Origin: Lama glama
Lineage: Eukaryota
Length of the DNA: 64,000 nucleotides
Assembly (NCBI GenBank): GCA_028534125.1
Contig: CM052840.1
Span: 29,450,001-29,514,000 of the forward strand
Direction: 5' to 3'
The translations under genes were made by a program, and so were the position numbers. The notes below the pieces were generated by a model. That model was not told the origin of the DNA, ran no database searches, and saw nothing but the letters and a program-made list of their open reading frames with translations. Positions 59,084 through 64,000 of this stretch are shown in pieces; the stretch's first letter is position 1; every line of letters starts with the position of its first letter.

Positions 59084-60846
59084 AGCTTTGATTCCCCCAA
59101 AGAATCCAGAAGCCCTCGGGAGAGATGGTGCTGTGTCGGGGTGGCCTGGGGGGCCCCAGGGAGGTCAGGGCTCGGGTTCAGCGTCTGGTCTGCACCTGAC
59201 AGCCTGCTCTGGAGAAGCCTCTCAGCCCCACCTCCTTAACTCCCCGACGTGGGGTGGGGAAGCGCTGGGGAGTCACCCCAGACTAACCCGGACAGGTCTA
59301 CCGGTAAAATAATGCCGTTCACGTGAAATAACGCCGTCATGTGATTGGAGCCCAGGGACTCAGAAACAACTCGAATTTGTATTTCTGTCAGTCTCACTTC
59401 CTCATTCCCACCCCATCCTCACCTGCTAAATCCTTACATTTAGCTGAGAAGCCAGAAGTGAAGCAGAGGAGTATTCGGCACACGGGAAAGGGCGGCAGTG
59501 GAGCGGCGGTGACACCTTCCTGGGACGGCTCTGGGCTCGGATCCGGGGCCCTCCTGCTCCCACGGAGACTTGCTTGTTCCCAGACCTGTCTGTGCGGTTG
59601 AAACGACAGCGTTTAATTATTATGCACATGGACGAAGTGTGAGTGTGAAGAGGAGGCTGTTTCTGTAAAACCTGCATTGGAGGCTTCGAGGGCCTGATAA
59701 GGCAAATTATTAGGAAGACGGGGGCCGAGCCAGGTGTAGGATTTAAAGGGTTGGGGGAGGCGACAAAGCTCGGGAAGGGGCTGTGCCCAGGCTGCTCCGC
59801 GTGGTGAGGCTCGCTCTTGTCCGGCTTTGAAGACGCTGCCGCCGGAGGCACCTGTGGGTGTGGGTGTGGGCAGCGGACGTGGAAAATGTCCCTGCTGGCT
59901 CCGGGCCCTTGACCAGCACGGGTGACCTTCTGGGGGCTGCTCCATAACAAGGACTGACTTTTCTGCGAGGAATTTACCGGTGGCTGTAGCTCAGGGAGGG
60001 TCTCCCTGGACATCCTTAAACGGAGACAGGCACCCATCCGCCTGGATGACTGGGGCGTTGGCGGCGGGGCAGGTGGATCCCAGCTCCTGCCTCCCTTCAA
60101 CCAGAGCAGCCCCGATTTCCCTGTTTTGTACATGGGGGGCTTCTGGTAAAGACATTAGCACAGAGGTTTCCCCGTCTCAAAAGGGGGCTTGCCAGCTACC
60201 AGGCTGGTTCTTCTCTGTGTCTCTTCAGGCCCCGCGGGACAGAGCTGAGCTCACCCGAGGGAGGCTGGAGCATGTGTTTTTTGTGCCCAGGTCGCATCTT
60301 CTGTCCGTTTGTTTCCAGGTCCTTCCAGGGGTAGCGGATGAGTATATGTTTACTCAAACCTAAGGCTTGGTCGATGCCCTGGGGTTGTCCCTCTGAGGGG
60401 GCCCCTGAGGGCCTTGTGCTTCCCAGTCCCAGACAGGCAGGCGGACTGCTGAGGCCTCTGGAGGTGCGGGCCCTGGTGCTGCCTGCGCCCCGCCGGCGGG
60501 AGTAACGGGGTGTTTTTGTTCCTGTCTGTGGCCTGAAGGCACCTTCCCCGGAAATAAAACCGGTTTGATTTTGATTAACTTTCTCTTCTTTTAATTTTAG
60601 TCCTCCTCCTGACTTCTTTAAGGATTATGCTAAAGCCCCGGCCTGATCAGAAGGCCTCAGAACAGAGAGTCCATCTCGGGGTTGCCCAGAGAAGCATGTT
60701 GACACCCGGGGCAACTTCCAGCCAGTCATTTCCTGTGTTCTCAAGGCTGATCTTTTCCTAAGATAGTTACCTTTAGATAACAAGACTGCCCTCCTTCCCG
60801 ACCTGGGGGGTGACCTGGGGGGTGTAGGAGGAACAGGCTAAGCAGC

Positions 60847-60896
60847 GAGGCGGGGACGGGCTGACGTCACGCTAAGTGTACGCTTTGTGTATAAAA
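60847..60896 (+). promoter_or_regulatory. Candidate core promoter: GC box, full CRE, TATA box
   Basis: GAGGCGGGGA 60847-60856, TGACGTCA 60862-60869, TATAAAA 60890-60896, in canonical order and spacing. Confidence 0.45.
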
Positions 60897-62051
60897 TGTA
60901 CATTTTCGATGCTGAAGTGAAGAGATGAAGCCCCCCAAAATTTGCTACGGACCCAGGGCGAAACTCTCAGCCTCAGGTTCCCCTTCGTGGAAGGAGAAGC
61001 AGAGCCCCGCAGTGGAGAGGCCGCCAAGGGGATGGAGGGCCTCCCCGAGGAGGGGCGGGGGTCAGGATCGCTGCAGGAAGCCGCAGCCGGCTCCGGGTGG
61101 GGATGGCGGGGGGCGGGGCTTGCAAAGCGCGGCGGATGTGTCGGTGCCGGTGGGATACCTGGCCTTTGCAGGTGAGGGTTGGAGAAGTTTAAATCTTCTC
61201 AGTTCCCTGTTGTTCCCCCTCCATCCGCGCTTCCTCCTCATGTGGGCAGAAGTCATGCGGGGGCTCCCAGACACCTGCGAGCCATGTCTCTGGAGCAAGA
61301 GCTCTACTTCTGCTTGCTGGCTGAGAATTAAGCCCCCTTTTCTTCTCCTCCCCTTTGTTCAGGGCTTTGTGAGGTGAGGGACGGACTGCGTTCACAGGCC
61401 TGGGAACCTCACCCATGAAAACGAGGTCTTTCGCAAGGCATTAGCCGGGGTCTCTCGGCCCTGACCTCTGACCCCCGTGCACAATGCGGCATTCAGCCGT
61501 CCTGCCCCCTGACGCGAAAACCTTCTGAGCCCTCAACAAAGGTGCTTCCAGAGTAAGCAGCCCATGAACTCAGCAACTCCTAGATAAGAAGGCCCTTAAT
61601 TTCGAGATAAGGCCGAAGGCAAGAGGTCTCTCAAAACGACAGTGCCCACCAAGGCGGGACCCCGGATGCCCCAGGCGGTGGTGACAGTGCAGCCCTCCTA
61701 GATTAGAGACAAGTCAGCGTTCTGTTCACAGGGCTTTCTTAATGCCAGGATCTCTTTGGACAGTGCTGCCCAGTGTTTCTTGGTAGAGTTGATAAAAAAA
61801 AGAGTCTCGGGTGGCGGGGCGCGGTGCGCGGTTCAGAATGAAGGAACCTAGGGGCCTCCTGGGAGCTCTCCTTTTGAAATCCTGAGCAAGCCGTCTCCCT
61901 CCGGGTCTCCAGGGTGTAACGCGTTTACGGGTCAGCTGGCAAGAAAGAAAACTCTACAGATAACGTGTGGTCCCAGACGTCGCCTTAGCCGAAGCGCTGA
62001 GAAGGCAACAGGCCATGGCACGGCCTTGCCCCGCGTGCTCCTCGGAAGTGT

Positions 62052-62172
62052 GGGGGGGGTGCAGCGTGGGGGTAGAGGCGCACTCAGCACACACGAGGTC
62101 CTGGGTTCAGTCCCTGACGCCTCCTCTAAAGATAAATACACGAGTGACCCTAAAGTGAAAAAAGAAAAGAAA
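62052..62172 (+). mobile_element. Camelid-type tRNA-derived SINE
   Basis: G-rich head, ggtagaggcgcactcagcacacacgaggtcctgggttcagtccc (B box), A-rich tail. Confidence 0.78.
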
Positions 62173-63699
62173 TGCAGAGGGAACAAACCTCGGGTGTGCG
62201 ACCGTAAGGTTGCTGAGGAGGCAGGGACAAGCCACGGTGTGGTTTCCGCAGAACCGTCTCCGAGGACTGTGCTCAGAATCCCTGTCTGCCAGCTGAGGGA
62301 GGACATCCAGATTTCTGTGGGGTGAGGACACTGTTCCTTTGCTGCATCCACCTCACAGTGGTAACTGGCAAAATTTTCCCCCATGAAGCTTTATTTTTGG
62401 AGACCACTGTAATTTGCATGTTGGGACCTATTATTAACTGCTAGTTTTCTGCTGTTATTGGAAATCTTTATGTTAGAGAAGAATGTACGGGTTGTTCTTT
62501 GAGGGGAAGGGAGGCTGGGATGAAGAATACCTTGGGTGGCATCTCGATCTGTCCGGGACCTGAGGACCCTTAGAAACCCGTATCCCCCCAGGCAAAGAAA
62601 GTTCTCTTGGCTGCCTGCCCGAAACTGTCTTCCCGAATGAAGAGGGAGAAGACGATGGCGTAAATGCTTTTAAAGTTGCCTCTTCGGGAGCCACTGTGGT
62701 GTGAACACTGCAGTCTGTCCCGAAGGACGGACCTGATGGCGAACTACGTGGCGTAATTCATAAGTGGAGGACGCAGAAGCAATTGTCCCGGCTTAAGTTT
62801 CAGCCCATAATTGGGTGGCTGGAGAAGCCCCTGCTTAATTAAATTCCACCGTGAAGTGGATGACGGGAAAACTCAGTGACCTTACATTTGGAGTTGGAGG
62901 GTGGTTCAGGTCTGTGTAAAGAAGAACCTGTCCAGTGTCCTGGTTAGGGGAAGAGACTGGGGTAACGTGTGGCCTCCGCAGGGCTCCCCCAGCAGTCCCT
63001 CCAAAGCGGCACTGTTTGACCGAAGCGCTGTGTGCTCTGCGTTGGCCGGGATAAGTGCACGTTACGAGGTCAGACAGCGTCACACACGACTTCCCTGCAA
63101 ATTCTGCTTTGGTCCTTTATTTTTAGGCTGTCCTGGGCAAGTTCCACAAAGGAGGGCCTTCCAAAAGCATTAGGGCCACGTGAGTGTTGGCCTCTGGTGG
63201 GTAGATGGCAGGGGTTGTCGCTGAACTGAAGGGGGTGACTGTATGGTTGTCTAAGCCCGAGCTGAAGAAGTTCAGCTCTTTGCCAGAGTAGGTGTCTGCC
63301 AGTTTGCAGGCAGATGCCCGAGGCAGGGGAGAGTGAGTGAGGGAACGCCCGGGGGAGACAGCTGTCGTGAAAGCTTTTAGCAATTGTTGTCTTTCCATAG
63401 GGCCTTCTTTCCTGCCCTGGAACCTGGCAGTGTTCTCAGCCATATCCTTCCTGGAGAAAATATTTTGACATGACCCTTTGACTCATTCATTTGACAAGGG
63501 TTTACTGAGAACCCACTGTGTGCCAGCCCTGCCATCCAACTTCCCTTACCCTGTACCGAGGGTGACCTCTCGGGGGAGCGGGGAGAGGACTCCAGTAAGT
63601 CAGCAGGCCCCCGGGTGAGGGCCCCCAGGCAGGGCCCCCAGGTGGGCAGGGAGGAGGAGGAGGGAGCCTGGATCCTGGTGGGGCAGGGAGACCCCAGTG

Positions 63700-63900
63700 T
63701 CACTGAGGCTGACAAAGGGAGAATTTCAAGGAGTGACTGACACTGTTCAATTCAACTGAGAGGCTGGAAAGACAGGACTAAAAAGTCTTCATTGAATTTA
63801 GCAACGTGCAGCTCCTTGGCAGCCCTGGCCAGACAGTCTGGGGAAGCGGCAGGGAAGGAAGCCCAGTTTAGTGAGTGGAGGTGCAGGGGAGGAGAGGCGG
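63700..63900 (-). mobile_element. L2 LINE fragment
   Basis: gagaatttcaaggag...aagacaggactaaaaag...cattgaatttagcaac...ccttggcagccctggccaga. Confidence 0.55.
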
Positions 63901-64000
63901 GGATGGCGGTGCAGGGGGCGAAGGGACAGACGCGTGGAAGGCCGTTCAGTCCTGAGTGAGGAGCACCAGGCCAACCCGGCAGAGCCATCCCCTGGGGCTG

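Larger units (their letters stand above)
1..64000 (+). other. NAV1: Internal portion of the NAV1 gene (end of the long intron before exon 2 through part of the long intron after exon 3); no gene end in window
   Basis: Two exons with canonical AG/GT boundaries and compatible phases translate to recognisable NAV1 N-terminal sequence. Neither the first long-isoform coding exon nor the next downstream exon (WDESSS...) is seen in the window. Confidence 0.93.

Noticed and set aside
1-64000. Antisense lncRNA exons (IPO9-AS1 is recalled to overlap human NAV1)
   Set aside because: Non-coding exons cannot be located from sequence alone; no supportable coordinates.

Overview
GC-rich mammalian genomic DNA, most likely camelid judging by the tRNA-derived SINEs at 14853, 58983 and 62052. 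The window lies inside the neuron navigator 1 gene (NAV1) on the + strand. It holds two constitutive-looking coding exons (32264-32366, 103 nt; 36456-36818, 363 nt) and a CpG-island internal promoter with a short alternative first coding exon (ATG 52417, MLHLPPPRAGRTANFPR, phase-2 donor after 52469). The rest is intron containing old L1, L2, MIR, hAT DNA-transposon and LTR relics, GC-rich minisatellites and two assembly gaps. Almost all ORFs in the supplied track are spurious products of high GC. I found no new multi-gene system. The best leads are: (1) a candidate third NAV1 promoter and first exon with a GC-box/CRE/TATA arrangement and a frame-compatible donor (60847-61177); (2) pervasive AT-to-GC drift of repeats and of exon 3 (GC3 115/120), suggesting GC-biased gene conversion; (3) a possible ortholog of the MIR5191 locus with an altered seed; (4) YAG|GT recursive-splice-like sites. 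Gene, repeat and miRNA identities rest on my recall of known sequences, not on database searches, and repeat boundaries are approximate.
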